Below are positions 49,501-60,833 of a DNA stretch of 64,000 bases, piece after piece; position 1 is the first letter of the stretch; every line of letters begins with the position of its first letter. Under the pieces are notes generated by a model. The model did not search any database. It had not been told where the DNA came from and worked only from the letters and a program-made list of their open reading frames with translations. This DNA comes from Nemertoderma westbladi (Eukaryota > Animalia > Xenacoelomorpha), in the NCBI GenBank assembly GCA_032718475.1, contig JAUCBJ010006472.1:17312-81311 (forward strand). Direction: 5' to 3'. The translations under genes and the position numbers were made by a program.

Positions 49501-51157
49501 ATAGTAGGGAGTCTTTTGACCTTAATAATTTGGTCTGTAGGTTCTATACTACTTAAGTCTGTGCTAGCTAGTTGTCTTCTAACCGCTGGGGGCAAATCAG
49601 GCAATTTGTGACGGTGAGATGTTTTTCTACGCCTGTTTAGACGAGATCTATTTCCTCCGCCTTCAGGATCGGTGGTATCGCCTTCCTCCGATGATGTGTA
49701 TCCTTGGCGTTTGGGAGTAGATCGTCTCATCATCTGCATTTGACTAGCAGTTAACTGTTTATTTATGCAGTCTTGCGTCTCTTGCAGATTTTCCAACTCC
49801 AGTTGGGTAGTCTCCCAGACGCTCTCCGTTCTGCTTCTGCCACTGCCTTTGCCGCCTTTCTTTCCGCTTCTGCCATTGCCGCTGCCGCCTTTCTTTCCGC
49901 TTCTGCCTTTGCCGCTGCTACTGCTGCTGCCTTTCTTTCCACTTCTGCTTCTGCCATTACCGCTGCTACTGCTGCTGCCTTTCGGTCCTCTATCCGTCTT
50001 TTCTTTACTTGTTCTTCTTGGACTCTAGCGAGGCGGAGTTTTTCATCAAATTTAGCTTGGTTTGCAGCTAACATTTCTGCATCGATTGAGTCCAACACAA
50101 GCTTGGCTCCTTCACTATTGGGGCGAAGTCCAGCCAGTCGTCTCCTCAACTCTTCATCACCTCAGAAACGTTGATAGTCGGACAGATAGATGTCGATGGC
50201 GTCTCTCGTTCGCGGTCTCTCTGCTGTCCCTTCGCTTTCCACTTGAGAAAGGGTGGCATCGGTTGGTTCTTCATAGGTTGGTCTCTCAGCCAGCTGGGAT
50301 TTCCACTGGGCCGTTTCTTGTACTTTGAGACCTACCCGCTGGAACCAAGTCTTGACAGCAACCTGCAGCGACGTGTCCTGTCTTCTTTTGGAAGTTTCCT
50401 CAAAGGCTGATAGGATTAGTCTAATGCGTAGGGTTCTTTCGCGTACTTGATATAGCAGCTCTTCCTGCTCTTGAGGTCCTTGGGGTTGTCGAAACAGTTG
50501 TTCTTCTAATCGCTCTAAGGAGCCGAAGAATCCCTGCACATATCCTGCTGCCGACCTCTTCCAAACAGCTGGATCCATCGTATCTTTAGTCACTCCCATC
50601 CTGTGTATGTCTTCCCAAGTAGCTTCGGACAAATCTAACGGGAGTCCGGGTCCGGGAAAGTTCCATTGTGACTCGACAATAGACATCAATTCTTCCCTGG
50701 CGTATCCCGCATAACTATCTTGGGTCGCTCGCTTACTTCTCGCCCAATCAACTTGGTGTTCCTCCACCGCAATCAATATAGTAGTTAGTACTGCGGCAGG
50801 AAGGGTGAGAAGGGGATCCGAATAGGCTGTAGCCGTCATCTTCACTCCGCGTTCGGGGGTCAGCTCTACAGTATCCGAACTACTGGAGCTATCGGGTCGC
50901 TGGGAACAAGTTTCTTGACTAGGAGGTTGCTGCTGTTGGACAGCTGCTTCCTGGTTCCGTTTGACTTGGGCCCGAGTGCCGATGATAGACCTACGGTGTT
51001 AGATTAGCCTGGGGTCTGATACTACTACTGGAGGGATGACCTTTCTTTCAGTAGGAGGTGAGCTGAACCCCTTTCTTAATCGCTCCACACTCCTATCTGT
51101 GTCACAGATGGTTGTATCGATTAGACTGTCTGACAGGTTTTGCTGGGTGTCAGACAT
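46536..51157 (-). pseudogene. BEL/Pao gag-pol with long N-terminal extension; RT and integrase deleted
   Basis: ATG at 51157 is in frame with ORFs 50845-50162 and 50149-49763 (two stops), then a frameshift into the 1086-aa ORF: KFNGD..W/EKLRFL Gag domain, knuckles CALCDGPH/CYNCLRSGH/CAKCGAKHHILLH, protease ALLDSGS, NPADIASRG remnant, integrase tail NRPASRLCLLE. Confidence 0.88.
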
Positions 51158-52499
51158 GTTTAGCTATACAGTTGAATGTTTACTGCTATAGTTACAGTTA
51201 AAGCAAGTCTAGTAATTCCGTATGACCGTTGGCCTAGTACCGGTAATTTATTACAGTATATTAGAATACCGGTATACACTTATAATATATAGAAGTATTG
51301 TAAACTAGGTTTGTCACAGAGTACCGGTATATAATTTTAGCACAAATATATATAAATATATAATAGGCCTATCGTGAATACCGGTATACAGCTGACACAT
51401 AGTATATAAGTATAATTCTGGACTAGAATTAATTACAGAATACCGGTATAATTTCAGCCTAAATTTATAGAAATAAAGATAATAGGCCTATCGTAAATAC
51501 CGGTATATCAATTATTTAAATAATTGAATTTCTGAATTTTAAAGGTTACTTAGTTACTTTAACTTACTTTATTACCGTTATTTAAGCAGTAGTCCAACTG
51601 ATATTGAGACCTAGTTGTTGTATGGCAGGCCTACTATTTATAAATCGTTTGAGTTGATTTATAATATATATATACCCGTTTAAAATGGGTTTTGCCAATA
51701 TTTGAAATAAATGTTATTATTTCTGGGGGGGAGTCACTACACAGAAGCTGTGCGCTCTCAGTGAAGTGCTACTTATTGGACACTAAAACAGATAATTCTA
51801 ATTTACCTAAGTTACTTAATACTACAAATTACGTACGATACGGGTGAGATTAATTCTCTAATTAAAATACAACAAAATATTACGTACGAAATTTTAGGGT
51901 AATTTTACAAGAAGTCTACAAACCAGCCTAACAAAGGGTTAGAATTCTGGTTATTACAACGGACAGGGTACTACGGTATTTGAAAATAATAAGTAGTAGT
52001 AAATATATTGCGCTGTCCAGATAGGAAAAATACCACCGTCTGACGACCTATAGCCGTATCGCTATAGGTACTACGTTATGTATCACGGAGTGTTCCTACC
52101 TGGAAGTTAATTACCGCGGACTACCAGATCCAACGTGCCTATTAACCACTTTACAACACAATACACTGCCTACACACTAATTACTTTCGGAAAGCACTGT
52201 ACACCAAACCCTAAATTAGGTACAAGTACTTATTAAAACAGATAACTAGCAGTTAAATATACTTGAACAGTTAAAAGAACCACGGCATCTGCTGGAGTGA
52301 CCGGAGCACAAAGTCACCAGTCTTTACCTACGCCAAGCAGCCCATGTAGTACCGGGGTTAATTTAACTATAACGGTATGTGTAACAAGCACAATTTCTGT
52401 AGGAATAAACTTGGGGACATGAATGTTGCGAATAATCGCATAAACTCTGAATAATAAATATTACGCTACCCGTACAGAATACTCAAACAAAATACAAAC

Positions 52500-53035
52500 C
52501 AAACGCTGGCAGACTACCACCAAGCCTAAATAAACTACAGTATGTGCAGATTCCGAAATGGTTAGTTAGTATGCGTTCTAACACGGTAGTACGACTTATT
52601 CTTTAAGAGGGGATTGACCTTACAGCTCTGGCTGCCCCAACTTACTAACTGGCACTTTATCAGACAAACTCTATACACGCAGCAATCTCTTCAGACCTAA
52701 TAATAGCTAGACAACAATCCAGCCTACAAAATATCTGAGTAATAACTATTACGGTACCTGAACAGACCTCACAAACAAACACAGACTAAAACGCTGGCAG
52801 ACTACTATCAAGCCTAAATAAACTACAGTATGTGCAGATTCCAAAATGGTTAGTTAGTATGCGTTCTAACACGGTAGTACGACTTATTCTTTAAGAGGGG
52901 ATTGACCTTACAGCTCTGGCTGCCCCAACTTACTAACTGGCACTTTATTGGACAAACTCCACACACGCCGCAATCTCTCCAGACCCAACAACAGTCAGAC
53001 AACAGTCCAGCCTACAATTATCTGAACAATCTGAG
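52500..53035. repeat. ~290-bp tandem duplication in the BEL leader
   Basis: aaacgctggcagactac...cagctctggctgccccaac begins at ~52501 and again at ~52789. Confidence 0.85.
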
Positions 53036-53212
53036 CAGACTTACACATCTTCAGCTCAATATTAACTTACATGTAAATAAAACCGACAGAAATAAGTAAA
53101 ATCTCAATAAAAAACCAGGGCTGCAGTCCCTGATTAAATACTAAGACCTACCGGTATACAATAATCAAAATCGAATAATACTAATGTACTTATACTGGAA
53201 GTACTGGTTAGG

Positions 53213-53592
53213 ACAGTTGGGCCTACAGACCCACAGCAGTACCGGTTCAGGCAGTTAGGCCTACGGACCTACAGCAGTACCGATTCTGGCAGTTGGGCCT
53301 ACGGACCTACAGCAGTACCGGTTCTGGCAGTTGGGCCTACGGACCTACAGCAGTACCGGTTCTGGCAGTTGGGCCTATGGACCTACAGCAGTACCGGTTC
53401 AAGCAGTTGGGCCTACGGACCTACAGCAGTACCGATTCTGGCAGTTGGGCCTACGGACCTACAGCAGTACCGATTCTGGCAGTTGGGCCTACGGACCTAC
53501 AGCAGTACCGATTCTGGCAGTTGGGCCTACGGACCTACAGCAGTACCGATTCTGGCAGTTGGGCCTACGGACCTACAGCAGTACCGGTTCAG
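53213..53592. repeat. 38-bp tandem array (~10 copies) just inside the 5' LTR
   Basis: Unit cagttgggcctacggacctacagcagtaccgattctgg; no spacers. Confidence 0.92.
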
Positions 53593-53655
53593 GTTTATCG
53601 GTCGACCGGTACTTTCAACTTTATTGCTTACTGCAATAAAGACTATAACTGTTAT

Positions 53656-54847
53656 TGTACGCGCTTTTGAAGACCTTTAGCAGTTTAACCTGCTAAAATT
53701 TATATGTCTTTTGGTTTATAAATAGACTTTTAGTATTTTAAGTATTTAATACCAATAAACACAACATTAGCCGAAGCCAGCCTAGTGCGCGTCCATTCAC
53801 CCGCTGGATATACCTGGGAGACTGGATTCGGAGGGCTTAGATTGTTATTGCAGTGTAAGCTTACTGTATTATTCGATTGATCGTTAATAAATAATTTCTG
53901 ACCAATATTATTCACTTTCGGGAAATATTAACAGTTCCTTTAGGACGTGGCGCTCTATCTAGGTAAACAGAGATATGACTTATACTAAACACAACGGTAA
54001 GACGATAAGGCTTATGATTCACGTATGAGGCGCATTCTTTAGGAAATGCATAGTTATCAGCCACAATCATGCACACTACCGGTACCACACAATACTGCAC
54101 AATAATCTGCCGACCGTCAATGAATTTTATCATATATAAAGAGAACAGCAATTGACTCATGTAGTGTCTATCGAATAGCATTAAACTCACTACAAACCAC
54201 GATGATATAAGTCGCAATCGCTATATGTAACCTGTCTCTCTAACCTGTAGTGTATCAAGAAAATTGGGAAATTTGGGTTCTTTATAGATGTTCTCCAAAT
54301 AATAATATTCAACCAACTGATACAAATATTAACAACAGTAAATAGCATTAAGACGGTAGGTTAAGATATGATATGATTGTTTGGTTAGTTGATAATTATG
54401 GCGAATTGATAACAGTTATACGTTCTATAATCTAAGCCTACTAATGTTTCTTCTAAAGTCTGAAAACGAATTGACTCTAGAGCCGGTGTTCTTGGCCTAG
54501 ATAGAAACAACACCACAGTATCAAGAAAAAACAGTAAGACTGAACACTCCTAGCACGATCTGTAGAAAATCTCCACATCGACAGTAAAAATCGCCCTGAT
54601 TGGCTGTTAAGCTAAACAAAGAACCATGTGTCCAATGGCCGTTTCCATGCCAGCAACCAGCTGTTAGATGTCGTAATCTGAATCATCAAGGCTACGCTGT
54701 GCTAGAGTATTTGACGCATTGCGGGTTTTATGCCTTACCATGTCCGCCAAAGCACACATATAGAAGAATGACTTTTATGTCCGTTAAAACACCTATAACG
54801 GTACTTTGCGGGCGAGGGGACTGATTATATCCGCAAAAGCTTTTACA
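53656..54847 (-). repeat. 5' LTR of the second BEL/Pao copy
   Basis: Minus strand TGTAAAAGCTTTTG ... AAAAGCGCGTACA; homologous to 22597-23801. Confidence 0.85.
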
Positions 54848-56619
54848 AAATTCTTAATATATAATATACTGTATATAATATATCGACCGAAAAGTGAAAA
54901 CTGTCGGCTCTCGGCGTAACGTTTACACCCTCAGCAGTTCAGTCCTGCGGTCTGGAGGAAGGATTAGTAGTCCATGGGCCAGCCAGCATAGGGGATACTT
55001 TTTGGTAACCACCCGGAACTTATATTTTTGGGAAGACCTAGCTTCTGGCCATTCATTTTGATATGATAACAAATCTGAATCGGTAGCTGACTTGGTGTTA
55101 TCACCGGTGGTCATGGAAATGGTAAAACAACAAACATGCTGTAGTATTCTAATAACTCAATATAAATTTATAGCATCTTTTGAAAAAGATAGCTACTGGT
55201 CTAACAATTCTAAATGTGACATGAAATTCTGGAATATAATTATTATTACCATGGGAACGCTGCTGAATGAAAACTGACGTGTATTATAAAAATAGCTACC
55301 ATTCTAGAACAATACCATTATTTTAAAAGCATATTGCCACATTTTATTGAATATTAGTTTTGGAAAATTTTGGTATACTGAGAGCTAAACCTGTTTTGTG
55401 ATAACGGTGATATATGGTTCCAAAGATATACCCATGTTTGAAATATTTTTATTTTTCATCAATTTAATCTCATTCCACTCTGTTTCAAAATAATGACTTT
55501 ATAACAATATTTATGTCAATAAAAAACAATCAAGATGTGACTACAAATCACTTTAAAATGACAAGTGACATCTAAATGGCATTTCAAACAACACTCCTTC
55601 ACAGGTTACCATGACTACCACTACAGATGCAATTGAAGATGACTCCGATATGACACAAACAAATGACTTGACACCTACCACAAAAGAGAGGTTAGTTCTT
55701 TTAGTATATTCATTTCAATTTATATATTTATCATAATTGTTCCTAGATGATTTCTGCAAAGATGATTCCTTCGATAATGACAATTTTGAATACTAAATCC
55801 TCTTTATTTAATAATAAATACATAATTATGTATGTACGTACAGGTATTCTTAATTGGTATGCGATGATGTCATCCAAGCAAATAGAGTATTCTTAGTCCA
55901 GTAGGTAATGTATGTGATACAATTATTGCTGTATTAGAAATCATCTTCATCATCTGAGGTGTCAAGTGCATCAGTTCATTCCAATCCCGCCTCCTTCCAT
56001 TTGGTGCATTACTTGAATTTGTACAACTCAATGCAATGAAGTTTATTTTGCAGGCAGACACGTTAGTGGTTTACATGACGTAGTACAATTTCAATACAGC
56101 AGAGAGAGAGAGAGGATTGGTGATGGAGCTGGAGCTGGAGCTGGAGCTGGAGCTGGAAGAAGATGCATCCAATCAGGCATTATCATATCCTCCTCATCTA
56201 ACAGACAGACCTACAGTATAATGGGAGAAAGTACATTGATGATGGATACTAAACTTTTTTCCAATACGCTTGGTAGTTGGCTTTGGATATATAGTAGGTG
56301 TATAAACAATACTTACAAGGTGGCTGCAAGTGTGACTCGATTTTTCCACTTTTTGAGATTAAAAGAGGATAGTGGAGCACGTTCACGTCATTAATATCTG
56401 ACCACCTGAGATATAATTGGCATATAAAACTTTCTAAATCTCTGGATACGATTCAGATAGTTGCCAATCTTCGCCAATGATAATATTAATATGTGTTGGA
56501 AGGTTAATAATAATAAAGACATCAGTGCAGAGGCAGGTTTCACTGAAAGGGATGGTGGGGGGGGGGGGGGGGGGGGGGGGTGGGGGGGAGGAGGGGTGGA
56601 GGGTGGGGGGAGGGTGTAT

Positions 56620-57205
56620 CCAATAGCAAACGCCAAAGACTAGATCAAGTATGTGACATTTATATTCGAGATGATAATGAGGGTGTCGGCAATAAATGGA
56701 CACAAATCAATGCCATCATGACCTTCAACCAACTCAAATACATTACAAGGGATGAAAACGATGTCCTGAAATGCCAAGTTTATCAAAAGTGTGTATCTCT
56801 CAGTAGAAATAACGCATTGTAACATAAACACTATATCAGCTACTCTTGGACCTGACTTATGCAGAATACTTATTGCTTTACATGAATGTCAGAAGTTAAT
56901 GACGTGAATGAGCTTCGGCATCGTCTTTTCTGTTCAAAACAAGGAGAAATCGAGTCAACCTTGCTGCCACCTTGTAAATATTGTTTAAAGAGTGACACCT
57001 ATCCCGAGCCAACTACCAATCGTATATAAGCTTAGTACCCATCATCAATGTATCTTCTCCCATAGGTCTGGGATGGCTGTTAGATGAGGCGGATATGGAT
57101 ATACCTGATTGGATGTATGTTCTACCAGCTCCATAATCTATCCTCTCTCTCTCTCTCTATCTCTGCTGTATTGCAATTGTAAACCACCAACATGTATCTG
57201 CCGGT
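56620..57205 (+). pseudogene. Decayed Academ-like transposase C-terminal region (XPG-like/Cys-rich)
   Basis: Manual translation: LGPDLCRILIALH, LPPC..CL..H..RANYQ, SP.G.GW, CNCK; the last part is also present inverted at ~55950-56130. Confidence 0.55.
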
Positions 57206-57487
57206 TGAGTACAAAACAAAGACCCAAGACTTTTCTGCCTGTTCTGTACAAAACAAAGAGGTAAAGTCGTGAAGACGCGCTAGGTCCATAAGAGCGATAA
57301 GTCCCATTGCTATTCAAATGAGCAGGTTAGTAAAGGAGCACGTTACTGAGGCGTGTTGGGGGAACCAAAACAATAAACGAAAGTTAACACATGTTAGATG
57401 ATTATGTTATTATTATTATATGTTATTATTATTATTATATGATTATTATATTATGATGTACCGATATATATTATATGATGATTATTA

Positions 57488-58258
57488 TGTCACAGACACC
57501 GACTTTGCGGATGACATTGCCCTGCTCTCTACTACACTAGCAGATGCACAGCTTCTACTAAATAAAGTAGAGAGGGCTGTTAAGGAGGTTGGATTGCATA
57601 TAAATGCTACCAAGACCGAATTCATGACCTTTAATGTTGATGGAAACTTGACAACCATTGATAATAATCAAATAAGGAAGGTCGATGACTTCCAGTACCT
57701 TGGATCATGGATAGAGAGTAGCAAAAATGACATAGAAGTTAGGAAAGCAAAGGCTTGGGTAGCTCTATCAAAAATGGATACCATCTGGAAATCAGATCTC
57801 TCCAGGCACCTGAAGACTAAGTTCTTTCGAGCCACAGTGGAAAGTGTATTTTTATACGGGGGTGAGACCTGGACACTGACTAAATCACTTGAACAACGAA
57901 TTGATGGTTGCTACACAAGACTACTAAGGGCAGCCCTAAACATCAGCTGGAGACAACACATGACAAACGCCGAGCTTTATGGTACAATACCACCTGTATC
58001 AACCACCCTCCGTGAACGCAGATTAAGATTCAGTGGGCACTGCTGGCGAAGTAAAGACGAGGTCATACCAGATCTACTTCTCTGGCAACCAACTCATGGA
58101 AAGCGTAGTCGTGGACGACCTGCCATAATATATATAGATCAACTTGAAAGGGATACTGAACTTGGGAGAAACGAAATTGCGACAACTATGGAGAATCGGG
58201 AAGCCTGGAAGGATCTCATTTCCACTGTCCGAGTTCGCTCGACCTAGTAGTAGTAGTA
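57488..58258 (+). mobile_element. 5'-truncated RTE-like LINE family B with an intact RT C-terminal frame
   Basis: DFADDIALL, GLHINATKT, FQYLGS, LYGGETWTL, RRLRFSGHCWR, RGRP; stop codon runs into a (TAG)n tail. Confidence 0.9.
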
Positions 58259-58269
58259 TTATTATATTA

Positions 58270-60057
58270 TACAGCGGCCAAGAATGCAGTTAAGGAAAGC
58301 TCCTCAATAATGACAGGATATTGCCTGATAACTTAATAGAAGTAAAAGTGTCTGAGTCTGTACTCCCAGATATTCCCATTGGCGATATCTCCTTTGCAGA
58401 AGTGAAGGCTGCTGCAAAAGAACATTAAGACCAATCGTGCCAGTGGAGTAGATGGTGTTCCCCCTGAGGTCTTTAAAATACCTGAGTGTTTAAAGCTCAT
58501 CTATCCCATCATAGTAGACATGTACCGAACAACAAGAGTCCCACAAGAAATGAAAACAAATAAGTTGGTGCCAGTTCCCAAGAAGGGCAACCTAACACTC
58601 TATGGTTCTTTTTGGGGAATCTCATTGATCTCGATTGCTGCAAAGCTATACAATAGAATTCTATTAAATCGCATCAGGGATCCCATTGAGAGACTGCTCC
58701 GTGGAAATCAGAATGGGTTCCGTAAAGGTCGTGGGACCATGGAACCCATTTTGGCACTTAGATGGATAATTGAAGAGTTATCAAAAAAGAAAGACAGGCA
58801 TCTGGCTGTTATCTTTGTTGACTTCTTCAAGGCCTTTGATTCAGTCTCGCGCTCACAAATGTTCAGCATACTTTCATTATATGGGATTCCTGATAAAAAT
58901 TATTGCAGCAATCAGATCAGTATACGATGGTTCGACAACATTTGTGTCTACTGTTGATGGTGACACAGAACCATTTGAAGTGTTATGGGGCGTCCTCCAG
59001 GGAGACACACTTGCACCATTCTTGTTCATAATTGTGGTTGACTATGTTCTACGCATGTCCTTAGATCATCATAATGATGATGGGGTGATGATAACTCCAC
59101 CTACTGGCTCCAGAAGTCGAGGAAATCCTGCCAAGTACTCTAGACTTTGCTGATGACTTAGGAGTACTCTCAGAATCACTAGAGGGAGCCCAACGGCTCC
59201 TCAGCTCATTAGAACATGCTGCTTCTAGTGTTGGTCTTTCTATTAACCCCAGAAAGACCAAAATTTTGACAGTTCTCAGCAAGTCTCTGATCGGATGAGC
59301 ATAAGCTCAAAGGATGGTATGCCTGAGCATGTGGACGACTTATGTTACCTGGGATCATGGATCCGGAAGTTAGTCAGTCAGTCGAATACGTAAGGGAAAG
59401 GCATGGGCAGCCTTGAATAGGCTTTCCAGGATTTGGAAGTCACCGAGAATTAATCGGAAACTTAAGGTCTGATTATTTAGAGATATATATATATATGTAA
59501 GGGAAAGGCATGGGCAGACTTGAATAGCTTTCCAGGATTTGGAAGTCACCGAGAATTACTCGGAAACTTAAGGTCCGATTATTTAGAGCAGCAGTAGTTC
59601 CAGTACTCCTCTATGGGAGTCCATGCTGGGCTCTAACTGCTGAGGACACCAAATCTCTGGATGGCACATTCACAAGAATGCTACGCCGGGTTCATTGTGT
59701 CAACTACAATGCACACATCTCCAACCAGACACTATATAACATTGGAGGTGTCTCATTGGTTAATCCAAGCTTGACACTAGAACAAAATCGCCTCCGCTTT
59801 GCAGGACATTGCTTTCGCCGTGAGGACCAGCCAGTGCATAATCTTGTACTTTGGCAGCCTCATGGAGTGAATGAGCATGGTGGACAGCCCATGACTTTCT
59901 TAAGACGCATCTTAAAGGACACTGGCCTTGAAGATGCGGATGATCTAGCAAATGTCATGGGTGATAGGGAGTTGTGGCGGCGCAATTTTGTCGACAAGCC
60001 GGCACAGCATTCTTAAAAGTGCAGCTGCAATGCAGCATGCCGATACTAGTAGTAGTA
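58270..60057 (+). mobile_element. 5'-truncated, frameshifted RTE-like LINE family A
   Basis: PVPKKG, QNGFRKGR, FVDFFKAFDSV, GVLQGDTLAPFLF, FADD, RLRFAGHCFR; (TAG)n tail. Confidence 0.9.
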
Positions 60058-60833
60058 TTAACACCTGGGATTGGTTAATGAGTTATTATTTGATTGGACG
60101 TTGAAATCATGTAAGGAATGGAAAGAGGGGTCGAACTAGTGTCAGGTTTTTATAAAGTGCTCCAAACGCTCCAAATAAAATAAACTCTTGAAACCTCTAG
60201 ATGTCTAGATGGTGCGCTAGTGCAGTTCGATGCACACGAATAGCAGACGGACTATTCTCTAAAAATTACTACTGTACAGTACTATAATCGGCCTGCTGCA
60301 TTGAAACTGCACATTGAGATGCTATGCCAGTTTGGCAAAAGTATTTTGTCACCTCCATGCAATCCAGAATTGGCAAAACAAATGCAGCGTACATTAAGAA
60401 TTATATGCCGGCTTATCAACAAAGTTGCACCGCCACAATTCCCTATCCCCCATAACTTTCGTGAGATTAGCTGCATTTTCAAGGCCAGTGTCCTTTAGGA
60501 GGCGTCTTAAGAAAGTCATGGGCTGTCCATCATGCTTATTTTCTCTATGGGGCTGCCAAAGCACAACATTGTGCGCAGTGTGTTCCTTATGTGTGGGGCA
60601 GCTCATGCAGCCCTGTATAAACCATAACCCAATGTTCTACTGCCTAGAATAATATCAAATGTTAAGTCTACTCTTCTAATACTGTTGGTGTAATAACCCT
60701 TACATGATTTCACCCAATTTATCCATTCCTTACAGCGTTTGGAACACTTTCTACCTGCAAACTGAGTATAAAACTCTTACACTAGTTCGACCCCTATCTC
60801 CATTCCCTAGATGACTTTTTCCTACTGGTGTAA
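60058..60833. mobile_element. Degenerate MITE containing an antisense LINE-A fragment (60394-60570)
   Basis: ggaatggaaagaggggtcgaactagtgt is the inverted match of acactagttcgacccctatctccattcc; the interior matches the LINE-A 3' end on the minus strand. Confidence 0.6.

Larger units (their letters stand above)
43895..54847 (-). mobile_element. BEL/Pao LTR retrotransposon, second copy (5' LTR, long leader, gag-protease, deleted RT/IN, spacer, 3'-truncated accessory ORF)
   Basis: LTR at 54847-53656; Gag/PR motifs; 46680-43895 colinear with 17915-21945 apart from the piggyBac insert. Confidence 0.9.

Noticed and set aside
53213-53592. 38-bp repeats as a CRISPR array, and the repetitive ORFs over them
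   Set aside because: Units are contiguous with no unique spacers, there are no cas genes, the context is eukaryotic, and the ORFs are artefacts of the repeat.
54923-55277. Duplicated short ORFs (also 61404-61767) as paralogous genes
   Set aside because: They simply reflect the two TIR arms; no coding features.
56555-56615. Long poly-G/C tracts as dedicated G-quadruplex regulators
   Set aside because: Most lie inside MITE-like repeats and homopolymer lengths are error-prone; no specific function can be supported.
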